Of a stretch of DNA of 64,000 nucleotides, positions 1-9,219 are shown in pieces; positions within the stretch are counted from its first letter, which is position 1; every line of letters starts with the position of its first letter. This DNA is from an uncultured Chloroflexia bacterium. Lineage in GTDB: Bacteria > Chloroflexota > Anaerolineae > CG2-30-64-16. The notes under the pieces were generated by a model. It did not search any database. It was not told the DNA's origin and saw only the letters and a list, made by a program, of their open reading frames with translations. Location: the NCBI GenBank assembly GCA_963810095.1, contig CAWEMM010000010.1:192001-256000 (forward strand), written 5' to 3'. The position numbers and the translations under genes are program-made.

Positions 1-791
1 ATATCGACCCGGCCCACGCCGTGCTTGCCGCCGATCGCATTGAGCGCCGCGACCAGGTCGATCGGACCCATCGCCTGGCCGTTGACGCGCTTGGGCACGC
101 CCTGATCGAAGTAGACTTCCACGTACTCCGCCTCGTCAGGGGCGGACTCCGGGCTTTGGGTCAGCTGGAACATGTCTTCCTTGGGCTCGTTCCACGGGTC
201 CTCGAGCCCGCCGCCCTCGTGGCTCAGGTGCCACAGGTTGCGATCGCGGCTGTAGATCGACTTGATCGTCGCCGTGACCGGAACGTTGTGCTCGGCGGCG
301 TACTTCAGCGCGTCCTCGCGGCTGCGGATGTGCCACTCGCGCCAGGGAGCGATGATCTTCAGCTTGGGGTTGAGCGCCATGACGGTCAGCTCGAAGCGGA
401 CCTGGTCGTTGCCCTTGCCCGTGGCGCCGTGCGACACGGCGTCAGCGCCTTCCATGGCAGCGATCTCGACCATCTTCTTCGCGATCAGGGGGCGGGCGAA
501 GGAGGTGCCGAGAAGGTAATCGCGCTCGTAGATCGCGCCGGCCTTGAGGGTGGGGTAAATGTATTCGGTGATGAACTCCTCGCGCAGGTCATCGATGTAC
601 AGCTTGCTGGCGCCCGAGGCCAACGCCTTGGCCTCCAGTCCCGACAGCTCTTCTTCCTGGCCGAGGTTGGCGCAGAAGCAGATCACCTCGCAGTCGTAGT
701 TCTCGACGAGCCACGGGACGATGCACGAGGTGTCGAGCCCGCCCGAATAGGCGAGCACGACTTTCGATACCGACTTCTTAGCAGCGGACAT
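1..791 (-). CDS. argG: Argininosuccinate synthase (5' part; runs off left edge)
   Basis: Manual translation from ATG at 791: [28 protein letters not shown]..., later [13 protein letters not shown]; AAGGAG RBS upstream. Confidence 0.97.
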   Translation of the reverse strand, partial: MSAAKKSVSKVVLAYSGGLDTSCIVPWLVENYDCEVICFCANLGQEEELSGLEAKALASGASKLYIDDLREEFITEYIYPTLKAGAIYERDYLLGTSFARPLIAKKMVEIAAMEGADAVSHGATGKGNDQVRFELTVMALNPKLKIIAPWREWHIRSREDALKYAAEHNVPVTATIKSIYSRDRNLWHLSHEGGGLEDPWNEPKEDMFQLTQSPESAPDEAEYVEVYFDQGVPKRVNGQAMGPIDLVAALNAIGGKHGVGRVD

Positions 792-817
792 GAGGTTACT
801 CCTTGCGTATGATGCCT

Positions 818-892
818 AACACAAAGGCACTAAGACACGAAGTTCCCAGATACTGTTTCCGACCTCTTTGTGTCCTGGTGTCTTTGTGGTGA
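818..892. repeat. Imperfect palindromic intergenic repeat, CACAAAG/CTTTGTG family
   Basis: aacacaaaggcactaagacacgaag...ctttgtgtcctggtgtctttgtggtg; similar copies at 1951, 8199, 11587, 21479, 28560, 40053. Confidence 0.75.
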
Positions 893-905
893 AACCCACT
901 CTTGC

Positions 906-1931
906 TTAACGGGAAAGATTGATGACATCGCGCAGCATTGCAGCGGCCGTGGGAACCGGGCCGCGCTCGTCCACCTTGAACTGCTGGAGCCCCATGATGT
1001 CGGTGTCGAATACGATGCCCATCTCCCAGCCCGATACGCTGGCGAGGAAATCGTCTTTCGGCAGCCACTTCGGCTCGACAGAGAAATGGAACCCGTCGCC
1101 GGCCTTCTCGGCCGTGGCGACGAGCTTCACGACCTTGCCCCGGGCCGCGCCCTCTACGATCTGCTCGGGCGTGATGTGGGTGATGCCCTCCAGCGGGCGC
1201 ACGTCGTTGAGCGTGGCCGGGACGCCCAGGATGCTGTTGGCGATGATGACCAGCTTGTTGGCCGTGTCCCACCCTTCCACGTCGAGCGAGGGGTCGGCCT
1301 CGGCAATGCCGTCGAGCTGCGCCTGCTTGAGCGCCTTCCCATAGGTGCCGCCCAGGCTCATGGCTTCGAGAATGGAGTTGCTGGTCGAGTTGAAGATGCC
1401 GCGCAGGCCCCGGATGTCGCAGCCGACGAGGTCGCGCCGCCCGATGTTGACCACCGGCAGCGCGCCGCAGACGGTGGCGCTGTAGGCAAAACCGACCCCC
1501 GCAGCCTGGGCGGCGCCCGTTAGCTCGGCGAACGCCAGCACAAGCGGCGCCTTATTCGCCAGCACCACGCCCATCCCCCGGCCGAGGGCCCGCCGCACGC
1601 AGCTCAGCCCCGGCTCGCCGTCTTTCAGGTTGACGGGCGACGCCTCGAGCAGCAGGTCCGCCGCGACCCGCTCGACCGCCTCCAGCGCCGTATCGAGGGC
1701 TTGTGCGCCGGGGAAGGAAGCGACGCCCTTGCCGCCCTGCTTGTGGGCCAGCAGCGCGTGCGGGTCGATGCCGCCGTTATTGACCACCGCGCCGGAGGAG
1801 TCGGCCGCAGCCGTGAGGACCAGCTCCAGCCCGTACCGATCGGCGAGCAAGCCGGCCTTCTCGTTCATCAGCTGGAGGAACGCCCGGCCGACATTCCCCA
1901 CCCCGATCAGCGCCACTCGGATCTGTTTCAT
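906..1931 (-). CDS. hom: Homoserine dehydrogenase family protein (standalone, no ACT domain)
   Basis: GVGNVG Rossmann motif, VLANKAPL, ATVCGALP, GIAEADPSLDVEGWDTANKL. Confidence 0.85.
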   Translation of the reverse strand: MKQIRVALIGVGNVGRAFLQLMNEKAGLLADRYGLELVLTAAADSSGAVVNNGGIDPHALLAHKQGGKGVASFPGAQALDTALEAVERVAADLLLEASPVNLKDGEPGLSCVRRALGRGMGVVLANKAPLVLAFAELTGAAQAAGVGFAYSATVCGALPVVNIGRRDLVGCDIRGLRGIFNSTSNSILEAMSLGGTYGKALKQAQLDGIAEADPSLDVEGWDTANKLVIIANSILGVPATLNDVRPLEGITHITPEQIVEGAARGKVVKLVATAEKAGDGFHFSVEPKWLPKDDFLASVSGWEMGIVFDTDIMGLQQFKVDERGPVPTAAAMLRDVINLSR

Positions 1932-1950
1932 CCTACCCCCTAACAGCAAA

Positions 1951-1997
1951 CGGCACAAAGCGCACGAAGATCGTTGTGGCCTTCGTGTCTTTGTGTC
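1951..1997. repeat. CACAAAG-family palindrome
   Basis: ggcacaaagcgcacgaag...cttcgtgtctttgtgtc. Confidence 0.65.
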
Positions 1998-2005
1998 TGA
2001 AACGC

Positions 2006-2539
2006 CTATGTCCGAACGGCGAAAGCCGGCCGCAGATTGATCATGCCGACCGTTTCTGCCTCGGGCTCGCGCAGATTCATCAGAACCGCGATCTCGTCGC
2101 ACTTGTCGAACTTCGAGCAGTACACGCATTCCTGCCAGATCTTCGGCGTGATCGTCCAGCGGTCGACGGTGGCAAAGCCGCACACGTTGAAGAAGCCTTC
2201 GTTCAGCGTCAGCGCACAGATCTTGTCGTACCCGGCATCGCGCGCCGCGATGACCAGCGCCTCCACCAGCCGCTTCCCCAGCCCCGTCCCGCGGGTCTCG
2301 GGCGCCACGGCCAGCGACCGCAGCTCGGTCAGGCGGGGGGTCAGCGGCACGTTCGACCCGCAGCCGACCACCCTTCCCCCGTGCGTGGCGACCAGGAACC
2401 CCGGCAGCGCCCGGCGAATCTGCTCGGCCGTGCGCGTCAGCATCAGGTCCTGTGCCGCGTAGCCGTTGACCAACCCCAGGATGCCGTCGATGTCGCTCTC
2501 TTTCGCAGCGCGAATGTGAATATCCATGACAAGTCCCAT
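2006..2539 (-). CDS. argA: Short GNAT-type N-acetylglutamate synthase
   Basis: GNAT motif ELRSLAVAPETRGTGLGKRLV, C-terminal KIWQECVYC..CDE; position inside the arg operon; start 2539 or 2527. Confidence 0.85.
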   Translation of the reverse strand: MGLVMDIHIRAAKESDIDGILGLVNGYAAQDLMLTRTAEQIRRALPGFLVATHGGRVVGCGSNVPLTPRLTELRSLAVAPETRGTGLGKRLVEALVIAARDAGYDKICALTLNEGFFNVCGFATVDRWTITPKIWQECVYCSKFDKCDEIAVLMNLREPEAETVGMINLRPAFAVRT

Positions 2540-2541
2540 AG

Positions 2542-3756
2542 CTAAAGTTCTGCGAAGACCGCAGTCAGTCGCTCGATCAGCGTGTCGATCTCCGGCAGGC
2601 TGATGATGAGCGGCGGCACCAGCCGCAGCGTGTTCGGCCCCGCATTGACCAGCAGCAGGCCGTGCCGGTAGCCCGCCTGGACCACGTCGTTGGCAGGAAT
2701 GGTCAGGTCGGCGCCGATCATCAGCCCCTTCCCGCGCACCTCGGTGATGCACGGCGAGTTGATCTCTTCCAGGCGTTCCATGAGATACGCGCCCTTCTGG
2801 GTCACGCCTGCCAGGAAGTCGGGTTGATTCACCGTGTCGAGTACGACATTGGCCACGGCTGCGACGAGCGGCGAAGCGGCGAACGTGCTGCCGTGATCGC
2901 CCGGGTGCATGACCTGGGCCACCCGCTCGGTCATTAGCACCGCGCCCATGGGCAGGCCGCCGGCGAGCGGCTTGGCGCTGGTCAGCAGGTCGGGCGTCAC
3001 CCCGTAGCCCTGGTGGGCCCACAGCGTCCCGGTCCGCCCCAGGCCGCACTGGACCTCGTCAAAGATCAAGAGGGCGTCGTGCCGGTCGCACAGGTCGCGC
3101 AGGCCCTGCAGGAACTCGGGCGAGGCCGGGTGTACCCCGCCCTCACCCTGCACCGGCTCCACGATCACTGCGCACACGTCGTCGCCGATGGCATCTGCCG
3201 CGCTCGGCAGGTCGTTGAACTCGGCAAAGCGCACGCCGGGCATCAGGGGCCGGAAGGCCGCCTGGTACTTCTCACGGGGGGTGGCGGCCAGCGCGCCGAA
3301 GGTGCGGCCGTGAAAGGCGTTACTGAACGCGACGATGGCGCTCTTGCCGGAGGACTGCTTGCCGGGACCGGAGGTGTCAGCTTGACCGGCACGGTCATAC
3401 GCCCACTTGCGCGCGAACTTGAACGCGCCCTCGTTGGCCTCGGCCCCCGAGTTGCAGAAAAAGACCCGGTCGGCGAAGCTGCTGCGGCACAGGGCGGCCG
3501 CTAATTGGGCCTGGGGTGCCGTGTGATACAGGTTGGAAACGTGCCAGAGCTTGCCGGCCTGCTCGGCGAGCGCGGCCACGACTGCAGGGTGTGCGTGCCC
3601 TAGCGCGTTTACGGCAATCCCCGCCACGCAGTCGAGGTAGCTGTTGCCTTCGGTGTCATACACCCAGCACCCCTCGCCCCGGTCCAGCACGAAAGGCGGC
3701 CGGGCGTAGGTCTGCAGGACGTGGGCCTGTTCGAGTTCTATCGTGTTATTTGTCAT
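2542..3756 (-). CDS. argD: Acetylornithine aminotransferase
   Basis: Class III PLP motifs FCNSGAEANE, FHGRT, DEVQCGLGRTG, SAKPLAGG; RBS before ATG at 3756. Confidence 0.95.
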   Translation of the reverse strand: MTNNTIELEQAHVLQTYARPPFVLDRGEGCWVYDTEGNSYLDCVAGIAVNALGHAHPAVVAALAEQAGKLWHVSNLYHTAPQAQLAAALCRSSFADRVFFCNSGAEANEGAFKFARKWAYDRAGQADTSGPGKQSSGKSAIVAFSNAFHGRTFGALAATPREKYQAAFRPLMPGVRFAEFNDLPSAADAIGDDVCAVIVEPVQGEGGVHPASPEFLQGLRDLCDRHDALLIFDEVQCGLGRTGTLWAHQGYGVTPDLLTSAKPLAGGLPMGAVLMTERVAQVMHPGDHGSTFAASPLVAAVANVVLDTVNQPDFLAGVTQKGAYLMERLEEINSPCITEVRGKGLMIGADLTIPANDVVQAGYRHGLLLVNAGPNTLRLVPPLIISLPEIDTLIERLTAVFAEL

Positions 3757-3815
3757 CGTATGTTCCTTCTTCCAGGGCGATGCATCGCTCCCCTGCACGC
3801 CCTGCCGCAGACGCA

Positions 3816-4583
3816 CTATCCCTTGATCACCGCCGTTCCGCCATCGTTAGCCAGGCCGGCCAGGTCGGTAATGACGGCCTGGTACACGCCGCTCTGCACT
3901 GCTTCGGTGGCCGAGCGGACCTTGGGAATCATGCCGCCGGTAATGTGGCCGTCTGCGATGAGGCCGTCGATCTGCTTAACGGTCAGCGCGCGCATGGTCC
4001 GGCCGGTGACCTGTACGCCGGGCACGTTGCTGACGAAGACGAGCTTCACTGCCTCGACCGCCTTCGCGACCCCCGCCGCCACGTGGTCCGCATTGACGTT
4101 GTATCCCAGCCCGTCCTCGCCCAGCGAGACGGGCGAGATGACGGGGGTCAGGCCCAGGTCGAGCAGCTGCAGCAGCGCTTCGCCGTTGACCGCCTGCACC
4201 GCGCCCACCCGGCCCAGGTCGCGGCCGTCGACCGTCAGCGGGGCCACGCGCACGAGGCCCATGTCGACGCCGGATAACCCCAGCGCATCCACGCCCCCGT
4301 TGACGAGGTGGCGCACCAGCCGGGTGTTGACGACGCCGTTCAGCACCATCTCGACGAGCCGCAGGCTTTCGACCGACGTGGCGCGCAGCCCTTCGACGGT
4401 CTCGAAGCTCACGCCGAGCTGGCCGTGCAGGTCGGCGATTTCCTTGCCGCCGCCGTGAACCACGATCACGGCATAGTCGGCCAGGAGGGACTTCACGGCT
4501 GCGACAAAGCCCGTCAGGAACGCTTCATCTTCAACCTGGTTGCCGCCGATCTTGAGGACCAGCACATGTTTTTCGTTCGGCAT
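3816..4583 (-). CDS. argB: Acetylglutamate kinase
   Basis: VLKIGG, VVHGGG, NVNAD, GGMIPKV. Confidence 0.95.
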   Translation of the reverse strand: MPNEKHVLVLKIGGNQVEDEAFLTGFVAAVKSLLADYAVIVVHGGGKEIADLHGQLGVSFETVEGLRATSVESLRLVEMVLNGVVNTRLVRHLVNGGVDALGLSGVDMGLVRVAPLTVDGRDLGRVGAVQAVNGEALLQLLDLGLTPVISPVSLGEDGLGYNVNADHVAAGVAKAVEAVKLVFVSNVPGVQVTGRTMRALTVKQIDGLIADGHITGGMIPKVRSATEAVQSGVYQAVITDLAGLANDGGTAVIKG

Positions 4584-4634
4584 GGTTCTTTCCTCGGGGA
4601 ACATCCACGCGCGCGCACTGCGCCGCCGTGCCCG

Positions 4635-5669
4635 CTACAGCAGCGCGAGCTTCTCGTCGCAGCCGAGCATGATGTTCATGTTCTGCACTGCCTGACCCGC
4701 CGCGCCCTTGATCAGGTTGTCGATGGCGGCCGTCACGATCAGCAGGTTCGTGCCCGGCACAAACGTCAGCCCGATGGCGCAGAAGTTGGTGTGCACCGCA
4801 TGGGCCAGCGTCGCCACCTGGCCCGGCTTCAGCAGGTGGACGAACGGCTCGAACTCGTACGCCTCGACGTATGCCTCGCGCACCTGCGCTTCCGTCACGC
4901 CGGCCGGCAGATTGACATAAATAGTAGAGAGGATGCCCCGGTTGACGGGCAGGAGGTGGGGCGAGAAGACGACCTGCAGAGGCGCGGCCCCGTTCGTGGG
5001 GCCCACCAGCAGGCCCAGCTCCTGCTCCATCTCGGCCAGGTGCCGGTGCGTGCGGCCGATGCTATACGGGCTCATGTTCTCGTTCGCTTCGACGAAATGC
5101 GTCTTGAGCGACGGCGACCGGCCCGCGCCCGAGATGCCCGACTTGCTGTCGGCGATGACGGTGCCGTGCAGCCAGCCCGCCTGAGCCAGCGGCGCGAGGC
5201 CGAGGATCACGCTCGTGGGATAGCAGCCGGGATTCGCCACCAGGTTTGCGGCGCCGATCTCGTCCCGGTGCAGCTCGGGGAGGCCGTAGACCGCCTCGGC
5301 CAGCGCTTCGGGCTCCATGTGCCCGTGGCCGTACCAGGCTTCGTAAGCCTGGGCGTCGTGGATCCGGTAGTCGGCGCTGAGGTCGACGACCCGTGCGCCC
5401 GCCCGCCGGGCCGCTGCGACAGGCCCCTGGGCGGCCACGTGGGGCAGGCAGCAGAAAACCACGTCGGCGCCCGCCAGGTCGGCATCTTCGGCACGCACCA
5501 GGATCTCTTCGCCAAGGAACGGCGGCACGGGGAACACGTCGCCGAAACGCTGGCCGGCCGAGTTCTCGGAGGTGAGCCAGGCGATCTCGGTCGCCGGATG
5601 GCGTGCGAGAATCTTCAGCAGTTCCAACCCGGTATAGCCCGTTGCACCGATGATGCCGATCTTGACCAT
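4635..5669 (-). CDS. argC: N-acetyl-gamma-glutamyl-phosphate reductase
   Basis: GATGYTG, DLSADYR, ANPGCYPT, DNLIKGAAGQAVQN. Confidence 0.97.
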   Translation of the reverse strand: MVKIGIIGATGYTGLELLKILARHPATEIAWLTSENSAGQRFGDVFPVPPFLGEEILVRAEDADLAGADVVFCCLPHVAAQGPVAAARRAGARVVDLSADYRIHDAQAYEAWYGHGHMEPEALAEAVYGLPELHRDEIGAANLVANPGCYPTSVILGLAPLAQAGWLHGTVIADSKSGISGAGRSPSLKTHFVEANENMSPYSIGRTHRHLAEMEQELGLLVGPTNGAAPLQVVFSPHLLPVNRGILSTIYVNLPAGVTEAQVREAYVEAYEFEPFVHLLKPGQVATLAHAVHTNFCAIGLTFVPGTNLLIVTAAIDNLIKGAAGQAVQNMNIMLGCDEKLALL

Positions 5670-5745
5670 ATCTAGCTCCACTGGTTCCAAATCCTGACTG
5701 GCCCGTTGCCTGGGCCCTGCCGGCGCGTGAACGGCCAGGCACAAC

Positions 5746-5795
5746 AAAAAACCAGCACGCGGGCCGGGTGCTCACCCGGGCCTGGGTGCTGGTTT
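5746..5795 (-). terminator. Intrinsic terminator (attenuator) in the arg leader
   Basis: Minus strand aaaccagcac-ccaggcccgggtgagcacccggcccgc-gtgctggtttttt: long GC stem plus U-tract, ~75 nt before argC. Confidence 0.85.
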
Positions 5796-5845
5796 GCCTA
5801 GTTCTGTCGTAGACGTTCGGCTCGCGCGCTCCTGCGGACCGGGTG

Positions 5846-5899
5846 CTAACCCGCTCTGATAAGGATACGACGACGAGGGAAGCGAAGGCTGATAGCCAA
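5846..5899 (-). CDS. Putative arg operon leader peptide MAISLRFPRRRILIRAG
   Basis: GGAG RBS 5 nt before TTG; 5 Arg codons including CGT-CGT-CGT; stop lies just upstream of the terminator. Confidence 0.75.
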   Translation of the reverse strand: MAISLRFPRRRILIRAG

Positions 5900-5994
5900 T
5901 GTAACTCCGAACGCTTCAATATGATGCGGGCGATGGGTGACTCGCAAAGTCACACGCCATCCGCAGGATGGCGCACCCTCTTTTGACGGACGGG

Positions 5995-6024
5995 AGTTTA
6001 GCATAGGTCGCGAGCGGTTGTCAA
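5995..6024 (-). promoter_or_regulatory. Sigma70-type promoter of the arg leader
   Basis: TTGACA-18 nt-TAAACT with TG extension. Confidence 0.6.
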
Positions 6025-6082
6025 ACTTGGAGGTTCTGCGTAACCATACCGGTCTGACCGCTATCCCTGGCACGGGCCAGGT

Positions 6083-6722
6083 GTTGCAGTGTTGCAGTGT
6101 TGACGGAGGGGGTAACCGGAGAATTAATTCCCAGGCTCGCAGGGTTCGGCAAGACGGTGCGCTCTACGGCCAGGGGTTGCAGGGTTGGCGTACAAACGGA
6201 GGGCGTCTCGCATTGTTAATTCTACTGGTTTAGCGATCATCAGGCTTTTCTGTTGGCTGGAATAAGAAGATCCAGGTCAGCTAGGGATTCAGGCGATCTT
6301 ACCCTTCTTCAGCCGGCAACCTCCCCAGGTGATCCGCCAGGTCGTGCACATTTAGTATATTCATCCCTGCGCCATCCAAGTCCTCGCACACCGCAGTCGC
6401 GATCCAGCCTGTTGCCGCCAACTCGTCCCAATCGAAGCCCATGACCCATTCCTGTAGTGTATCGGCGTTCCAGATGTCTACCACTGAGCCGTCCAGATCC
6501 TCTAGCATCTTCATGATCTTGACGCCGTTCATCCAAACCTCCTCCCAAAGCTGACAAGTCAACCCGCCTGGCTAGAAGGCGAATTCCGGCTGTTCCAGTA
6601 CCGTCGGCGGCGCTCAGCCCCTTCACGCCACGCACTCTCGCGTCTGGCCTGCGCTGCGAGCCCCGCGGACCCCGGAATTAATTCGTCGGTTACCCCCTCC
6701 GTCAACACTGCAACACTGCAAC
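6083..6722. mobile_element. Segment bounded by 49-bp inverted repeats (MITE-like, or remnant of an integrative element)
   Basis: 6083-6131 vs reverse complement of 6674-6722 match at 47/49; degenerate direct copy at 6171-6222; no transposase. Confidence 0.55.
6299..6532 (-). CDS. Small acidic hypothetical protein (77 aa)
   Basis: Strong GGAGGAGG RBS before ATG at 6532; MNGVKIMKMLEDLDGSVVDIWNAD... Confidence 0.6.
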   Translation of the reverse strand: MNGVKIMKMLEDLDGSVVDIWNADTLQEWVMGFDWDELAATGWIATAVCEDLDGAGMNILNVHDLADHLGRLPAEEG

Positions 6723-6741
6723 CCTGCTCGTCGCCCTCCAC

Positions 6742-7320
6742 CTAGCGCTGATGCTCGCGGCGTAACAGCCCGTAGTGCAGGGTCCCGGTAATGCTCCCAT
6801 CCGGCCAGAGGTGGTTCTCGCGGATGTGGCCCTCCAGCGTGAACCCGCAGCGCTCGGCGACGCGGGCACTCCGCTCGTTCGTGTCGTCGCATTCGAGCCG
6901 CACGCGATGCGCGCCGAGTTGGCCGAACAGGAACGGCAGGACCCCTCGCACCGCCTCGCTCACGTACCCCTGCCCCTCGTGATCGACGTCGGCGATGAAA
7001 CCGACCTCGAACTCGGGCAGGTCGGGGTTGGCGACGCCAACATAGATTTGGGCCACGAATTCACCTGAGGCATGCAGGAACGCGCCGAGGAAGAAGGCCT
7101 TGCCCGCAACCCAAGAGGCGGCGAATTCGCTCATCACATGTGCGGCATCTTCTTCGGTCGCGATGGTTGTGATCGGGTTGCCGGCTTCGAACTTGCCGAG
7201 GTGGGCCTTGTTGCGGAGGCTCATCGCGCAGTACCAGGGTGCGTCGCCCGGCTCGTACGCCCGGAGCAAAAGACGCTCGGTCGTGATGCGTGTTGCGGGA
7301 TCGGGGATGGGGAAGGGCAC
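6742..7320 (-). CDS. RimJ/RimL-family GNAT acetyltransferase
   Basis: TERLLLR, HEGQGYVSEAV, NERSARVAERCGFTLEG. Confidence 0.9.
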   Translation of the reverse strand: MPFPIPDPATRITTERLLLRAYEPGDAPWYCAMSLRNKAHLGKFEAGNPITTIATEEDAAHVMSEFAASWVAGKAFFLGAFLHASGEFVAQIYVGVANPDLPEFEVGFIADVDHEGQGYVSEAVRGVLPFLFGQLGAHRVRLECDDTNERSARVAERCGFTLEGHIRENHLWPDGSITGTLHYGLLRREHQR

Positions 7321-7323
7321 GGC

Positions 7324-7965
7324 TTACGCCTCGCCCAGGGCTTCACGGTCCAGGCGCTCGAAGAAGGCCGCCATGAAGCGGCGGCGCTCTGCGGCGATCT
7401 GGCGGGCCATCGCCGTGTACAGCCGGTCGGGAATCACGTCGAGCTTGTAGACGAACTCGTGCGAAGGGGTGTACCCCTCGCCCAACTCCTTGGGGCCCCG
7501 GTGCGCGTCGCTGCCTTGCGCCTCAATCTCGGCAATGGTCTGCCGCCAGAGGGCCGTGTCGACTGCGCCCGCATAGGCGAATGCGCGCCCGACGCCGATC
7601 GCGCCGATGGAGTCGAGCTTGTCGGCGTCGGACAGCACCTTCGCTTCGAGGGTTTGGGGCTGGGGATCGTGGCGGAAGCGGTGCGCTTCGATGGCATGGC
7701 CGACGGCGGCGACGAACTCGGGCGGCTCGCCGGCCAGCAGCTCGCGTGCCCGCTGCGCGCCCAGCAGGTGGTGGGTCTCCCGGTCGACGCTTTCCGCCAC
7801 GTCATGCAGCAGCGCGGCAGTGCGGACGATCGCGAGGTCTGCGCCCTCCGCCCGCGCAATCCGCTCGGCCAGCGCGGTCACGCGCAGCACGTGGTCGAAA
7901 TCGTGCCCCCCGCCTCCGGCCTCATACAGCCGCCGGGCGTCCTCAATCGTGATGATTTCGCTCAT
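7324..7965 (-). CDS. HD-domain phosphohydrolase (YedJ-like)
   Basis: HDFDHVLRV, ALLHDV, SDADKLDSIGAIG. Confidence 0.9.
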   Translation of the reverse strand: MSEIITIEDARRLYEAGGGGHDFDHVLRVTALAERIARAEGADLAIVRTAALLHDVAESVDRETHHLLGAQRARELLAGEPPEFVAAVGHAIEAHRFRHDPQPQTLEAKVLSDADKLDSIGAIGVGRAFAYAGAVDTALWRQTIAEIEAQGSDAHRGPKELGEGYTPSHEFVYKLDVIPDRLYTAMARQIAAERRRFMAAFFERLDREALGEA

Positions 7966-8050
7966 GGAATCAGGCTTTCACAGGAAGACACGAAGAGAAA
8001 CCAGGTTTCTTCTGAGTGCAACCAAGGAGAAAGTGCGCGATGTCCCGGCG

Positions 8051-8163
8051 TCCTTCGACTGCGGCCCCTGACGGGGCCTCCGCTCAGGATGCCTGCGTGC
8101 GCTTACAAGGCGCATCCTGAGCGGAGCGAGCGCCAGCGCAGCTGGCGGAGCGAAGTCGAAGGA
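8051..8163. repeat. REP-like nested palindrome (CATCCTGAGCGG type)
   Basis: tccttcgact...ccgctcaggatgc...gcatcctgagcgg...agtcgaagga nested inverted repeats. Confidence 0.75.
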
Positions 8164-8198
8164 GCGCCGGCATCCAGCAGTTTCACTTTGTTTGTACT

Positions 8199-8247
8199 TA
8201 ACACAAAGACACAAAGAAAGACGTCGTGTCTTCGTGTCTTTGTGTTA
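8199..8247. repeat. CACAAAG-family palindrome
   Basis: taacacaaagacacaaag...cttcgtgtctttgtgtta. Confidence 0.75.
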
Positions 8248-8250
8248 TCG

Positions 8251-9219
8251 TTATTGTCTTGCTTCAGCAGGCTGCTGGCGTTTGCCGACGAGCCACAGGA
8301 CCCCCCCGGGCAGGCTGCCCAGGAACATGATCGCCTGCATCAGGATCGAGACGGCGAGTGCATGGGCCACCGGAACGCCGGCGAGCCCATAGAAGAACGG
8401 GTAAGCGGTCTGATTCACGCCAATGCCGCCGATGGAGATCGGGACCATCCCGACGAGGGCGATCAGCGGGTTGAACAACGCGATCGCGGCCAGCGACATG
8501 CCGCCGCCCATGGACTGCGAGAGGATCCAGTTGACCAACGTCGTGCAGGCGATGCCGAGCAGGCCGATGCCGAACGCGAGGGCCAGAGCCCGGTACTGGA
8601 AGCGATACGCGCCAAAGGCATTCGACAGCCGGCCCCACAGTGGGGCCAGCGGACGGAGCAGGCGGAACTGAAAGATGCGGGTGATGATGTCGCGCAGCCG
8701 CCGGCTGATCAGGAGCGCAAAGCCGGCGATCAGCACGACGAGCGCCAGCGCCGCCACCCACTCCACCTGCTGCAGTTCTTCGTGCCCGGTCAGGTTCACG
8801 GCGATGAACGCAGCGAAGGCGGCCGTCGTCATGTAGGCCATCAGCCCGACGACCCGGTCGACGATGACGGAGACCGCGGCGTCCGCACCCCGGTCGGTGT
8901 AGCGCGCGAGGCTGAACCCCCGCACCACGTCGCCGCCCACGTTCGCCGGGAGGAAGTTGTTGAAGAAGAATCCGGCGAAGATGAAGCGGAGCACCGCGCC
9001 GAACGGCACGACGACGCCCTGCGCGCGCATCAACACCTGCCATTTCGCGCCGTTGATGACTATGGCGAGCATGTAGAAGGCGAGTGCAAGGACGAACGCC
9101 GCCGGGTTGGCGCGGGCGAGCTGCGCGGCGACCTTAGGGAAATCGACCCGGGAGAAGGCAAACGCGATCAGCCCGAGGCTGACGACGACCTTGAGGACTG
9201 TGGTGAGTTTATCGCGCAC
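8251..9219 (-). CDS. Lysylphosphatidylglycerol synthase TM / flippase-like membrane protein
   Basis: Multi-TM; FFNNFLPANVGGDVVR, PISIGGIGV motifs. Confidence 0.85.
   Translation of the reverse strand: MRDKLTTVLKVVVSLGLIAFAFSRVDFPKVAAQLARANPAAFVLALAFYMLAIVINGAKWQVLMRAQGVVVPFGAVLRFIFAGFFFNNFLPANVGGDVVRGFSLARYTDRGADAAVSVIVDRVVGLMAYMTTAAFAAFIAVNLTGHEELQQVEWVAALALVVLIAGFALLISRRLRDIITRIFQFRLLRPLAPLWGRLSNAFGAYRFQYRALALAFGIGLLGIACTTLVNWILSQSMGGGMSLAAIALFNPLIALVGMVPISIGGIGVNQTAYPFFYGLAGVPVAHALAVSILMQAIMFLGSLPGGVLWLVGKRQQPAEARQ

Noticed and set aside
5670-5990. T-box or ArgR box in the arg leader
   Set aside because: No GGTGGNACC motif on the coding strand; the best ARG-box-like word (cgcatcatattgaa) has about 4 mismatches and is single
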